Positions 1 to 9,928 of a stretch of DNA of 64,000 nucleotides are shown piece after piece. Each line of letters begins with the position of its first letter. Position 1 is the first letter of the stretch. A program made the translations under genes and the position numbers. The DNA comes from Terriglobia bacterium (GTDB lineage: Bacteria; Acidobacteriota; Terriglobia; Acidiferrales; UBA7541). Under the pieces are notes generated by a model. The model saw only the letters and a list, made by a program, of their open reading frames with translations, ran no database searches and was not told the origin of the DNA. The stretch covers positions 1,792,001-1,856,000 of the forward strand of contig OY968796.1 in assembly GCA_963695545.1 (NCBI GenBank), read 5' to 3'.

Positions 1-6
1 GGATGT

Positions 7-2427
7 ATGCGGCGCCGGTTTGGAATATTTGTTCTCGTCTCGACGAACTTCCTTTTAATGTTCCTGGCCTGGTCGCTTGTGTTGTGTCCAAGCGCATCGG
101 CGCAGAGTGCTGCGGCGGCAGCCAGTGCGCCTCTTCCGAGTGCGACGTCGCAGGGCGCGCCAGCCTATCTTGACCGCACGTCGCCGGTGGAGCAGCGCGT
201 GGCCGATCTGCTTTCGCGCATGACTCTCGAGGAAAAAGTGGCGCAACTCGAAGGCATTTGGCAAAACCAGTCGTTTATGAAGGACCAAAGCGTACTTTTC
301 GTGGACGCCAAAGGAAACTTTCTTCCCGAGCGCGCTGCGGTGCTGCTGAAAAACGGACTCGGCGAGATGACGCGTCCGAGCGAAGGCCGCGGTCCGCGCG
401 AGACGGCCGAATTTACAAACACCATGCAGAAGTGGATCAAAGACAACACACGGCTGGGAATCCCCGTCATCTTTCATGAAGAATGTTTGCACGGCTACGT
501 GGCACCGGGAAGCACGGAATATCCGCAGGCGATCGCTCTGGCTTCTACGTGGGACACGCAACTTGTCGGGAGCATCTTTTCGGCGACGGCGGCGGAGGTG
601 CGCGCGCGCGGCGCGACGCAGTGCCTGACGCCGGTGCTCGATCTTGCGCGCGATCCGCGCTGGGGCCGCACGGAAGAGACCTATGGCGAGGATCCTTATC
701 TGGTCACGCGCATCGGAGTCGCCGCGATCGAAGGATTCCAGGGCCCGGGACCGGCGCTCGATGCGTCGCACGTGTTTGCGACAGCCAAACACTTCGCGGT
801 GCATGGGCAGCCGGAGGGAGGCACGAACGTCGCGCCAGGAAATTATTCCGAGCGCGTGATTCGAGAATATTTCCTGAAGCCGTTCCAAGCCGCGGTTGAA
901 GAGGCGCATGTAGGCGCGATCATGGCTTCGTACAACGAGATCGATGGAATTCCCTCGCACAGCAACACGGAATTGCTCACCGGCATTCTGCGAGACGAAT
1001 GGGGATTTCAGGGAGTTGTGGTCTCCGATTATTTCGGGATTACGGATCTGAAGAATTTGCACCACGTTGTTTCCACGAATGCCGAGGCGGCGAAAATGGC
1101 GCTCGAAGCCGGCGTGGATATCGAGTTGCCGTCCGGGGACGCGTACAACACTTTGGTCGATCAGGTTCATCAGGGGCTGGTTTCAGAAGCGATGGTGGAT
1201 CGGGCGGTGGCGCGGGTTTTGCGCATGAAGTTTCTCACTGGGCTATTCGACAATCCCTATGTAGATCCCGCGTACGCGGAAAAGATTACGAATGATCCGG
1301 AGCATCAGGCGCTTGCGCTGCGCGCGGCGCACGAAGCCATCATTCTGCTGAAGAACGAAAATAATTTGTTGCCGCTCGATGTGACGAAGTACAAGCGGAT
1401 CGCGGTGATTGGTCCCAATGCCGCCGATGTGCATTTGGGCGGCTATAGCGACACGACGGGGCCGGGCGTCAGCGTTTTGCAAGGAATCAAGAACAAGGTT
1501 GGATCGAACGCGGAGGTGGTGTACTCGGAGGGCGTGAAAATTACGGAGACGCCGCCGGATTGGAATGCGGACAGAGTGGTGCTGGGCGACCCGGTGCTGA
1601 ATGCGCAGCGCATCCAAGCGGCCGTGAAAGTCGCGCAGAAGGCGGATATTGTAATACTCGCGCTTGGAGGCAACGAACAGACTTCGCGCGAGGCTTGGGC
1701 TCCGGACCATCCAGGCGATCGCGATAATCTCGATTTGCTCGGCAATCAGGATGATTTGGTGAAAGCCATGCTGGCGCTGGGAAAGCCGGTGGTCGTGGTG
1801 TTGCAACACGGGCGGCCGAATTCGATCAACTACATTGCCGAGAATGTTCCCGCGATTCTGGACGGCTGGTATTTGGGTCAGGCGGGCGGCACGGCCGTTG
1901 CGGACGTGCTGTTCGGAGATTACAACCCCGGCGGAAAATTGCCGATCACCGTTCCGCGCAACGTGGGGCAACTGCCGGACTACTACTACCAAAAGCCGTC
2001 CGCCAAGCGCGAATATCTCGGATCGACTGTGCTGCCGCTCTATCCGTTTGGCTTTGGGCTGAGCTACACGACATTTGCGTATGCGAATGTGCGGCTCGCT
2101 CCGGATACGATTGGGCCTGAGGGCGAGACGATGGTGTCCGTGGACGTGACCAACACCGGAAAAGTTCGTGGGGACGAAATCGTGCAGCTTTATATCCGCG
2201 ATGAGGTGAGCTCGGTCACGCGGCCCGTGAAGGAATTGCGCGGGTTCCGCAGGATCACGCTCGATCCGGGCCAAACGCAGACGGTGACTTTTAAACTCGG
2301 ATTTGACGAGCTGTCGTTTTTGAACCGCGACATGCATCGGGTGGTCGAGCCGGGAACGTTCAAGATCATGGTCGGCGGAAATTCCGTGGATTTAACGGAT
2401 GCGACGCTGACCGTGGCAACGCGATAG
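7..2427 (+). CDS. GH3 beta-glucosidase/xylosidase (BglX-like), secreted, with C-terminal FnIII-like domain
   Basis: Signal peptide; RLGIP, EECLHG, RDPRWGRTEETYGEDP, KHF, VVSDY (nucleophile Asp), PGGKLP, YPFGFGLSYT and PVKELRGF motifs. Confidence 0.95.
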   Translation: MRRRFGIFVLVSTNFLLMFLAWSLVLCPSASAQSAAAAASAPLPSATSQGAPAYLDRTSPVEQRVADLLSRMTLEEKVAQLEGIWQNQSFMKDQSVLFVDAKGNFLPERAAVLLKNGLGEMTRPSEGRGPRETAEFTNTMQKWIKDNTRLGIPVIFHEECLHGYVAPGSTEYPQAIALASTWDTQLVGSIFSATAAEVRARGATQCLTPVLDLARDPRWGRTEETYGEDPYLVTRIGVAAIEGFQGPGPALDASHVFATAKHFAVHGQPEGGTNVAPGNYSERVIREYFLKPFQAAVEEAHVGAIMASYNEIDGIPSHSNTELLTGILRDEWGFQGVVVSDYFGITDLKNLHHVVSTNAEAAKMALEAGVDIELPSGDAYNTLVDQVHQGLVSEAMVDRAVARVLRMKFLTGLFDNPYVDPAYAEKITNDPEHQALALRAAHEAIILLKNENNLLPLDVTKYKRIAVIGPNAADVHLGGYSDTTGPGVSVLQGIKNKVGSNAEVVYSEGVKITETPPDWNADRVVLGDPVLNAQRIQAAVKVAQKADIVILALGGNEQTSREAWAPDHPGDRDNLDLLGNQDDLVKAMLALGKPVVVVLQHGRPNSINYIAENVPAILDGWYLGQAGGTAVADVLFGDYNPGGKLPITVPRNVGQLPDYYYQKPSAKREYLGSTVLPLYPFGFGLSYTTFAYANVRLAPDTIGPEGETMVSVDVTNTGKVRGDEIVQLYIRDEVSSVTRPVKELRGFRRITLDPGQTQTVTFKLGFDELSFLNRDMHRVVEPGTFKIMVGGNSVDLTDATLTVATR

Positions 2428-2458
2428 CACACTGGGCCGCGATGCGGCCGGTACGCGA

Positions 2459-3550
2459 ATGAAACGCACGGGCGTTCACAAGATCGCGGAACTCGCCAAG
2501 GTGTCCACGGGCACCGTGGATCGCGCCTTGCATGGGCGCGCCGGCATCAGCGAAGGCACGCGGAAGAAAATTCTGCGCATCGCCAAGCAGATCGCTTACA
2601 CGCCGCACCCCGCGGCGCGCGTGCTTTCGATCGGGCGCGCCAGCCTGCGCATCGGGATCTGCATCCCTGAAGAAATTCATTTTTTCTACGATCAGATGCG
2701 CGCGGGAATTTTCGAGGAGGCGCGGCGATTGCGCGGCCTCGGAGTCGAGATCATCTATATGCCGGTGCCGAGCTTGGGTGCTGGGGAGAAGGAGCGGGTG
2801 ATTGAGCTACTTGACCGCGGCGTGAATGCTTTGGTTGTGACGCCGGGGAATCCGAAGTCGATTAGGGCCTCGATCGACCGCGCGGAGAAGAAAAATGTGC
2901 GCGTGGTTTGCATTGTGACCGACGCGCCGGAGAGCCGGCGTTCGGGCGTGGTATGCGTCGATCCGCAGCTCAGCGGGCGCCTGGCCGCGGAGCTCATGGC
3001 CAAGTTCGCGGGGCCTGACTCAGAGGTCGCGCTGATCACCGGCATGCTCACCGCCGAGGAGCACAGGCTTAAGACCGAAGCGTTTTGCGCCGATTTTCGC
3101 AAGGAATGCCCGGGCGGAAAAATCGCCGCGGTTTTGGAGGCGCATGAATCCGCGGACGAGAGCTATCGCAAAACCTGCAAATTGCTCAACGATCACCCGG
3201 AATTGAGCGGCATCTACGTCAGCACGGTGAACTGCTTGCCGGTGTGCCGCGCGTTGAGCGCGTACAAGCGCGCGGGCCAAGTGCAACTGATCACAACCGA
3301 TCTCTTTCCCGAGATGGTTCCGTACTTCCGGCGCAAGGCGATCCAGGCTTCGATTTATCAGGATCCTTATTTGCAGGGGCAGACCGCCGTGCGGTTGCTC
3401 GCCGATTTTCTTTTGAACGGAATCGCCATTCCAAATACGAATTATTTGAATCCGGGCGTCGCGCTGCGGTCGAACCTGTTTCTTTTTCGCGAAGTTCGGC
3501 GGAAAAGCGGCACGGGGCGAGTTGCAGAACGCCCGGCGCGAACCGCGTAG
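2459..3550 (+). CDS. LacI-family transcriptional regulator
   Basis: N-terminal HTH IAELAKVSTGTVDRALHGR followed by a periplasmic-binding-protein-like sugar domain. Confidence 0.93.
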   Translation: MKRTGVHKIAELAKVSTGTVDRALHGRAGISEGTRKKILRIAKQIAYTPHPAARVLSIGRASLRIGICIPEEIHFFYDQMRAGIFEEARRLRGLGVEIIYMPVPSLGAGEKERVIELLDRGVNALVVTPGNPKSIRASIDRAEKKNVRVVCIVTDAPESRRSGVVCVDPQLSGRLAAELMAKFAGPDSEVALITGMLTAEEHRLKTEAFCADFRKECPGGKIAAVLEAHESADESYRKTCKLLNDHPELSGIYVSTVNCLPVCRALSAYKRAGQVQLITTDLFPEMVPYFRRKAIQASIYQDPYLQGQTAVRLLADFLLNGIAIPNTNYLNPGVALRSNLFLFREVRRKSGTGRVAERPARTA

Positions 3551-3737
3551 GTTCTCCTGCCAACGCCCTTCAGTTTGTAACCTCGCCACACTGCCTTCTC
3601 CCGATGGAGTTCTCCGGTTGCGTGCTCGCGCTCGGCTCGACATTCGCCGTGTGGCTCGGTAGGATTTGGAGCGCGGAAAGAACGGAAACTGAGAGGATAG
3701 CAGCGCTGCGCTCGGAAGTGACGAGCCGAAAGGTGAT

Positions 3738-4943
3738 ATGCCGCACTCCCTGTTGCCGCAAGGCGCCCCTGGTTCCCGTCCGAGATGCTTTTCTAACGTG
3801 TTCGCGACGATTCCGCTGGGTCTCGCGCTTGCGTGTATATTTTCCGTGAACGCGCGATCGCAGCAGGCGAGGACGGCGGAGGATCGTGCGAGCGACGCCG
3901 GCGACTCGCTGGCCGAAACCACGCCGATTGCCACCGAACTTTCTGCGCGGCTCGATCGCGACGACGTGCTGAAGGCCATGCGGAAAGTGGCCGATTGGCA
4001 ACTGGATCGCGCGCAACCTCACTTCAATCAGGATTGGACCTATGCCGCGCTCTACGCCGGATTCATGGCGGTGCCGCCGGAGGTGGAAGGCGACAAATAT
4101 CGGAAGGCCATGCAGTCCATGGCGGAGAAATTCGATTGGCAACTTGGCCCGCGCCTAACAAACGCAGACGATGAAGCGATTGGGCAGACGTACCTGGAGT
4201 TGTATCGGAAGCTTCGCGATCCGAAGATGATCGCGCCGACCCAGCAGCGAATGGACGATCTCATGAAGACGCCCGATCCAACCGATAAGGCGCTGTGGTG
4301 GTGGTGCGACGCGCTTTTCATGGCGCCGCCGGTGCTGGCGCGGCTTTATGGGGCGACCGGCGACGTTCACTATCTCGATTTTATGGATCACGAGTGGTGG
4401 ATAACATCCCATGAACTCTACGATCCGCAGCAGCACCTTTTCTCTCGCGATGCCAGCTACCTCGATAAGCGCGAAGCCAATGGGAACAAGTTGTTCTGGG
4501 CTCGGGGGAATGGTTGGGTGATGGGCGGGCTGGTGCGCGTGCTCCAATTCATGCCGGAAAATTATCCGACGCGCGCGAAGTATGTGCAGCAATTTAGGGA
4601 TATGGCCGCGGCCGTGGCGCCGCTGCAGGGCAACGATGGTTTGTGGCGGACGGGATTGCTCGATGAGGAAGCTTATTCGTTGCCGGAGAATTCGGCATCG
4701 GCGTTTTTCGCATACGCCTTCGCGTGGGGCGTGAATCAGGGAATTCTTGACCGCAGAGTGTACGAACCGGTGGTCGAAAAGGCCTGGGCAGGACTGCTCG
4801 CGCACGTCTATGAAGATGGACGCCTGGGATCGATTCAGCCGGTTGGCGGTGCGCCGGGTCCGTTCACGGAAACTTCGAGCTACGTTTACGGCGTGGGAGC
4901 GTTCCTGCTCGCCGGCTCCGAGATTTATCGCCTCGCGCACTGA
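3738..4943 (+). CDS. GH105/GH88 unsaturated (rhamno)galacturonyl hydrolase
   Basis: WWWCDALFMAPP, FWARGNGW and YGVGAFLLAGSE motifs; signal-like N-terminus; start codon uncertain. Confidence 0.9.
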   Translation: MPHSLLPQGAPGSRPRCFSNVFATIPLGLALACIFSVNARSQQARTAEDRASDAGDSLAETTPIATELSARLDRDDVLKAMRKVADWQLDRAQPHFNQDWTYAALYAGFMAVPPEVEGDKYRKAMQSMAEKFDWQLGPRLTNADDEAIGQTYLELYRKLRDPKMIAPTQQRMDDLMKTPDPTDKALWWWCDALFMAPPVLARLYGATGDVHYLDFMDHEWWITSHELYDPQQHLFSRDASYLDKREANGNKLFWARGNGWVMGGLVRVLQFMPENYPTRAKYVQQFRDMAAAVAPLQGNDGLWRTGLLDEEAYSLPENSASAFFAYAFAWGVNQGILDRRVYEPVVEKAWAGLLAHVYEDGRLGSIQPVGGAPGPFTETSSYVYGVGAFLLAGSEIYRLAH

Positions 4944-5009
4944 GTGGCGCCTGCGCGCGGCGGACAGCACGAGCGAGACCAAGATTAAATTGGGGGCAAT
5001 CGGGAATTT

Positions 5010-5840
5010 ATGAAAATCCTTCAGCTTGCAGATAAGCAACGCTATCCGCGGATGACCACGAGCGAATTGCGCGAGACTTTCCTGATCGACGAACTATTTC
5101 ATCCGGGGCGCATCGACGCGGTTTACGTCGATCTCGATCGCACCGTCATTGGATCCGCCGTGCCGCTTGCGGATCCGTTGAAGCTGGGTGCTGACCCCGA
5201 ACTCCGCGCGTCGTATTTCACGGAGCGGCGCGAGCTTGGCGTGTTGAATATCGGCGGCGATGGCGCGGTCGTCGTCAACGATCGCGAATTTCCGTTGGGC
5301 AATCTCGATTGTCTTTATGTCGGCCGCGGAAATGAGAAGGTCTTGTTCACGAGCAAATCCGCGAGCAAGCCGGCGGAATTCTATTTGTTGAGTTATCCCG
5401 CGCACGCGGTGTTTCCGACTGCTTCCATCGAATCATCGAAGGTGGCGCCGGTGCTGCTCGGCGCTCCGGAAACCTGCAACCAAAGAGGGATCACGAAGTT
5501 GATTCATTTGGAGGGAATCAAAAGTTGTCAGTTGGTGATGGGCTTCACGCAACTCGCCTCCGGCAGCGATTGGAACACCATGCCGCCTCACACGCACATG
5601 CGGCGCTCGGAAGTCTATCTTTATTTCAATCTTCAGCCGGAGGATCGGGTGCTGCATCTGATGGGCCCGTCCGACGAAATCAGAGTGATCGTTGTGGCCA
5701 ACAAGCAGGCGGTTATTTCGCCGGGGTGGTCGGTGCACGCGGGCGTGGGAACCAGAAACTACACTTTCTGCTGGGGAATGGGCGGAGAGAATCAGGTTTA
5801 CACGGATATGGATGCGCTGAAGATTTCGGATTTGATCTGA
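5010..5840 (+). CDS. kduI: 5-dehydro-4-deoxy-D-glucuronate isomerase
   Basis: ERRELG, SCQLVMG, WNTMPPHTHxRRSEVYLYF, ISPGWSVH and WGMGGENQ motifs. Confidence 0.96.
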   Translation: MKILQLADKQRYPRMTTSELRETFLIDELFHPGRIDAVYVDLDRTVIGSAVPLADPLKLGADPELRASYFTERRELGVLNIGGDGAVVVNDREFPLGNLDCLYVGRGNEKVLFTSKSASKPAEFYLLSYPAHAVFPTASIESSKVAPVLLGAPETCNQRGITKLIHLEGIKSCQLVMGFTQLASGSDWNTMPPHTHMRRSEVYLYFNLQPEDRVLHLMGPSDEIRVIVVANKQAVISPGWSVHAGVGTRNYTFCWGMGGENQVYTDMDALKISDLI

Positions 5841-5895
5841 TCTGATCCGATCGCGGCGCGGTGCCGCGGATCGCGACACGCGGAAAGAAGGGCAC

Positions 5896-6660
5896 GTGGC
5901 GATTCTCGAAGCATTTAATCTGCGAGGCAAAAATGCGCTGGTGACCGGATCGTCGCGCGGATTGGGCGCGGGCATGGCGATCGCGCTGGCGGAAGCGGGT
6001 GCGAATGTCGCCGTGCATGGCTCGGCCGAAAAGCCGTCGGCAACATTGGAAGCCATCCGCAAGACCGGCGTGAAACAGGCTGCGCTGGTCGGCGACGTGC
6101 GCTCGATCGATGTGTGCCACAAATTGATCGAAGAAACCGTCGCAGCCTTCGGGTCGATCGACATTCTCGTGAACAACGCCGGCACAATCCGGCGCGCGCC
6201 GGCCGCGGATTTCTCCGATTCGGATTGGGGCGATGTTCTGGCGGCAAATTTGAGCGCTGTTTTCCGGCTGAGCCAAAACGCCGGGCGCCACATGCTGCGG
6301 CAAGGCTCGGGCAAAATCATCAACATCGCTTCACTGTTGTCGTTCCAGGGCGGACTCTACGTCCCGGCATACGCCGCGGCAAAGGGCGGCGTGGCGCAGT
6401 TAACCAAAGCGCTCGCGAATGAATGGGCCGCGAAGGGCATCAACGTGAATGCCATCGCGCCGGGCTACATGCAGACGGACAACACGGCGGCGTTGCGAAG
6501 CGATCCAGTGCGCTCGGTTCAGATTCTGCAAAGAATACCGGCCGGCCGCTGGGGCAAACCCGAAGACCTGGCGGGAGCTGTGGTTTTTCTCGCGTCGGCG
6601 GCGAGCAACTACGTGGATGGGCACGTTCTGGTGGTGGACGGAGGATGGCTCGGGCGGTGA
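5896..6660 (+). CDS. kduD: 2-dehydro-3-deoxy-D-gluconate 5-dehydrogenase (SDR)
   Basis: TGSSRGLG, NNAGTIRR, LLSFQGG, YAAAK and RIPAGRWG motifs; directly follows kduI; GTG start. Confidence 0.93.
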   Translation: MAILEAFNLRGKNALVTGSSRGLGAGMAIALAEAGANVAVHGSAEKPSATLEAIRKTGVKQAALVGDVRSIDVCHKLIEETVAAFGSIDILVNNAGTIRRAPAADFSDSDWGDVLAANLSAVFRLSQNAGRHMLRQGSGKIINIASLLSFQGGLYVPAYAAAKGGVAQLTKALANEWAAKGINVNAIAPGYMQTDNTAALRSDPVRSVQILQRIPAGRWGKPEDLAGAVVFLASAASNYVDGHVLVVDGGWLGR

Positions 6661-6680
6661 GTGCTTTCGGCCGGAGCGCG

Positions 6681-6711
6681 ATTTCACAACATTTCTACAA
6701 CATTTCTAAAC
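6681..6711 (+). repeat. Three ~11-bp direct repeats (ATTTC-ACAAC/ATTTCTACAAC/ATTTCTAAAC), candidate operator
   Basis: AT-rich tandem unit with a helical-turn period, ~80 bp upstream of the 6791 operon. Confidence 0.55.
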
Positions 6712-6790
6712 GTGGCTTGGATTCTTCGTCTGAGCTTTGATAAAGTGCCGCACCAGTTACCTACGGCGTTCCCTTTGATCGGAGGCCCGG

Positions 6791-7666
6791 ATGACCACGC
6801 TCGACCTGCGACCTCTCTCTCTTGGGGAACTCCTGGACCGCACGTTCACACTTTACCGCGGGCATTTCCTTTTGTTCGTCGGCATCTCGGCCATTCCTCG
6901 CGTGTTCGTCTTGCTGATTCAGTTGGCCCAGATTGTGTTCGCGCCGGCGAGAGGAGTCTTCACCCCTCCCGACCCCAACGTACCCGGCCAGATGCCCTCA
7001 TTTTCCGCGACGGGCATCGCTTACGCGGTCGTGTTTTTCTTCGCCGTGCTGATCGCCAGCGTTCTCGCCAGCATGTGGTCGCAGGGCGCGACGGTAATCG
7101 CAGTTTCCGATTTGTACCTTGGCCGCACGACCACGCTTGGCGAAGCTTTTCGCCGCGTGTGGGGTGAACTGGGCACCATATTCGGTGTGGCCGTGCTGAG
7201 CGGTCTTGCTGTATTCGGCGGCTGCATCCTGCTGATTATTCCGGGAATTTACATCGCGCTGCGCCTTGCCGTCGGCGTGCAGGCAGCCGTGCTGGAAAAT
7301 ATCGGGCCGGGCGACGCGCTCAGCCGGAGTTTCGCGCTGACGAAAGAGAATGCGGGCCGTGTATTTTTGATTTTTCTTCTTTATGGTTTCTTGTTGTACG
7401 GAGCGATTGCCTTGCTGGGAGCGCCTTTCCTGATCGGAACAGTATTGACGAAGAGCAATCCTGATTTAGTGCGCATGTTCACGATGTTCACGCAAGTGGG
7501 AAGCTTTATCGCCGAGTCCCTGGCCATCCCTTTCGTGACCATTGCCATGTCGCTTTTCTATTACGACATGCGCGTGCGGAAAGAAGGGTTCGATCTTCAA
7601 ATGATGATGAACCCTGTCGCCGGCGTGGTGCCGCAGGCGAGTGTGGTGCCGCGGATGCTTTCGTAG
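6791..7666 (+). CDS. Integral membrane protein, first gene of the DUF4129/DUF4350/MoxR/DUF58 operon
   Basis: LRPLSLGELLDRTF N-terminus, ~6 TM helices, YYDMRVRKEGFDL C-terminal motif; GGAGG RBS. Confidence 0.85.
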   Translation: MTTLDLRPLSLGELLDRTFTLYRGHFLLFVGISAIPRVFVLLIQLAQIVFAPARGVFTPPDPNVPGQMPSFSATGIAYAVVFFFAVLIASVLASMWSQGATVIAVSDLYLGRTTTLGEAFRRVWGELGTIFGVAVLSGLAVFGGCILLIIPGIYIALRLAVGVQAAVLENIGPGDALSRSFALTKENAGRVFLIFLLYGFLLYGAIALLGAPFLIGTVLTKSNPDLVRMFTMFTQVGSFIAESLAIPFVTIAMSLFYYDMRVRKEGFDLQMMMNPVAGVVPQASVVPRMLS

Positions 7667-7674
7667 ATATTGTC

Positions 7675-8739
7675 TTGAAGCAGAGCCTCGAGGAGTTTCG
7701 GTTGCCGACGAAATCGACGATCTGCCGGCGGACCGCGTGTCTGATCCTTCTTCTTGTGTTTTTTGCGCCGGCGATCGGCGCGCGCACGCAAGTTTCCTCT
7801 TCTGCTGCCTCCAGCGCGGCCGCCAGCCCGCTTGACGCTACTTCATTCGCCGCGGAACTTCGCCGCCTCCAAAGCGCGAGCGCGCAAAACTCGTCGACCC
7901 CGGGCGAGATCACTCGTTTGCGCACAAGTCTGCCCGATGAGTGGAATGTGAAGACAACCGACGGCAATTATGAAATTTCAACCGCGCCGCTCGCTGCATT
8001 GCTCAAAAAGGCCGAGCAGGATCCTGCGCACAGCGCAGCGCACCTCCAAGACGCCAGCGAGTGGCTCGACGCAGAAGCGCGGCAGGTTGAAAGCTACACC
8101 GCGGCAAATTCCAACAGCGGTGCGAATGCGGGCGCCGCGTTGAGCGAGATTTTGGCGCGGCGTGAATTCAGGGGGGTGGGCACGGCGAGCGCGCGGGAAA
8201 TGTTTCAACAGCGGCTTCAGGAGTGGCTGGAGCGCATTGTGGAATGGTTTATCGGCCACATCGGGCGCCACGCGACAAGCGCGAAAATATTTTTCGAGCT
8301 GCTGCTTGTCGTTGTCGTCGTGTGGCTTGGCGCGGCGCTTGTTCGCTTTTGGATGCGCCGCGCGCGATACGACGAATTGGATGCGCCGCAGTCGGTGGCG
8401 ATCGCGCGATCTTGGCAAGAGTGGATTCGCGCCGCGCGCGAGGCATCCGAACGCGGCGATTTTCGCGAAGCGGTTCATTCCGCATACTGGGCGGGAATTT
8501 CGTATCTCGAGGCGGTCGAGCTGATCGAGCCGGACCGCGCACGAACGCCGCGTGAATATGTGCGCTTGCTTTCGCAGCCGCAACCCGAAACCGCTGCGTC
8601 ACTCGAAAAGCCGCGTGCCGCGCTTGCGGCGCTCACCGCGCGCCTCGAGCAGGTTTGGTACGGACGCCGGCCGGCGAGCCGCGAAGATTTCCTGGACTCC
8701 ATGCGGCAAATCGAGGGGCTCGGATGCCAGCTGCCTTAG
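7675..8739 (+). CDS. DUF4129-domain membrane-anchored protein
   Basis: GDFREAV...RTPREY...VWYG C-terminal signature; TM segment; TTG start uncertain. Confidence 0.85.
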   Translation: MKQSLEEFRLPTKSTICRRTACLILLLVFFAPAIGARTQVSSSAASSAAASPLDATSFAAELRRLQSASAQNSSTPGEITRLRTSLPDEWNVKTTDGNYEISTAPLAALLKKAEQDPAHSAAHLQDASEWLDAEARQVESYTAANSNSGANAGAALSEILARREFRGVGTASAREMFQQRLQEWLERIVEWFIGHIGRHATSAKIFFELLLVVVVVWLGAALVRFWMRRARYDELDAPQSVAIARSWQEWIRAAREASERGDFREAVHSAYWAGISYLEAVELIEPDRARTPREYVRLLSQPQPETAASLEKPRAALAALTARLEQVWYGRRPASREDFLDSMRQIEGLGCQLP

Positions 8740-9926
8740 ATTCCGCCGATCGCAAGATGCTCCTCGCCGCCGGCGCGGCTCTTTTGCTGCTGATGGCTGC
8801 GATTGCGTTTGAATCGCCGACGGGCGAAAGCCAAGGCGAGGCGATTCCTTCCACCTATTATTCTTCGCCCGGCGGCGCGCTCGCGGCCTACTTGCTGCTT
8901 CAACAGCTTCATTACAGCGTGGAGCGATGGGAACGCTCGCCTCTCGAGCTGCCGCAGGATTCCACGGGATCGATACTGATTCTCGCCGATCCAAGCGACT
9001 CGCCGAGCGCGGCCGAGAAGCGCGCGCTGCTGGGTTTCGTTGAGGCCGGCGGCCAGGTGCTCTTCACCGGCCGGCAAGTTGAAGAATTTTTTGACGACGC
9101 GCATATCGCCGATTATGGAGGAGGGATGGGGTCCGAGACTTACGCCGCCGATCTTCCGAGCGCGCTCACTCGCGGCGCGCCGAACGTCACGCTCAGGCCG
9201 GAGGCCGTGTGGGGCGAAGCCCGGCCCACCGAGACGCCTCTTTACAGCGACGACGATGCCGACGTAATCGTGTGCTGGCGCGTGGGCGCGGGCCGAATTC
9301 TGTGGTGGGCGGGACCCACGCCACTGACGAATGCCGGAATTACCGAAGCGGGGAATATGAATCTGTTTCTCGACGCCATGAACGTCTCCGGCGCCGATTC
9401 TTCAAGCGCAGCGCCGGCGCAAATTTATTGGGACGAATATTTTCATGGCGAGCGCAGTTCGCTGTGGAGCTACATGCAGGGTACGCCGGTGGCCTGGGGA
9501 GTTTTGCAACTCGGCTTGCTTGGCGTGGGAGTGCTGTTTACGTTCAGCCGGCGCAGCGGCCCGACGGCGATTCCCGCAAGTGTCTCGCGCCTTTCTCCGC
9601 TCGAATTCGTGGACACGCTTGGCGGACTCTACGAGCGCGCGAAAGCAGAACCCGCGGTGGTGGGCATCGTGTATCAGCGATTTCGCACGTTGCTCACGCG
9701 GCAGTTGCGATTGCCGCTGACAACCGATGACGCCACGCTCGAAAACGCGATCCGCACTCGTCTCGGGAAGCAGTTGGCGGGCCTGCCCGAGGCGCTGCAC
9801 CGTGTCGCGGCCGCGACCCGCGCGGAGAAGGTTTCTCCCGCAGAGGCGCTCGCGTTGATCAAGGAGTTGGAGCACTATGAGCAGCAGTTGGGCTTGAAAA
9901 AGCCCGGACCACAGGAGAAATCCTAA
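8724..9926 (+). CDS. DUF4350-domain protein
   Basis: N-terminal TM, STY..PGG..A.Y.LL, FVEAGG, WDEYFHG and EFVDTLGGLY motifs; start placed at ATG 8724. Confidence 0.85.
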   Translation: MPAALDSADRKMLLAAGAALLLLMAAIAFESPTGESQGEAIPSTYYSSPGGALAAYLLLQQLHYSVERWERSPLELPQDSTGSILILADPSDSPSAAEKRALLGFVEAGGQVLFTGRQVEEFFDDAHIADYGGGMGSETYAADLPSALTRGAPNVTLRPEAVWGEARPTETPLYSDDDADVIVCWRVGAGRILWWAGPTPLTNAGITEAGNMNLFLDAMNVSGADSSSAAPAQIYWDEYFHGERSSLWSYMQGTPVAWGVLQLGLLGVGVLFTFSRRSGPTAIPASVSRLSPLEFVDTLGGLYERAKAEPAVVGIVYQRFRTLLTRQLRLPLTTDDATLENAIRTRLGKQLAGLPEALHRVAAATRAEKVSPAEALALIKELEHYEQQLGLKKPGPQEKS

Positions 9927-9928
9927 TC

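Noticed and set aside
5834..5853. GATCT x3-4 short tandem repeat at the kduI stop
   Set aside because: Short and degenerate, and mostly beyond the stop codon, so unlikely to be a phase-variation tract.
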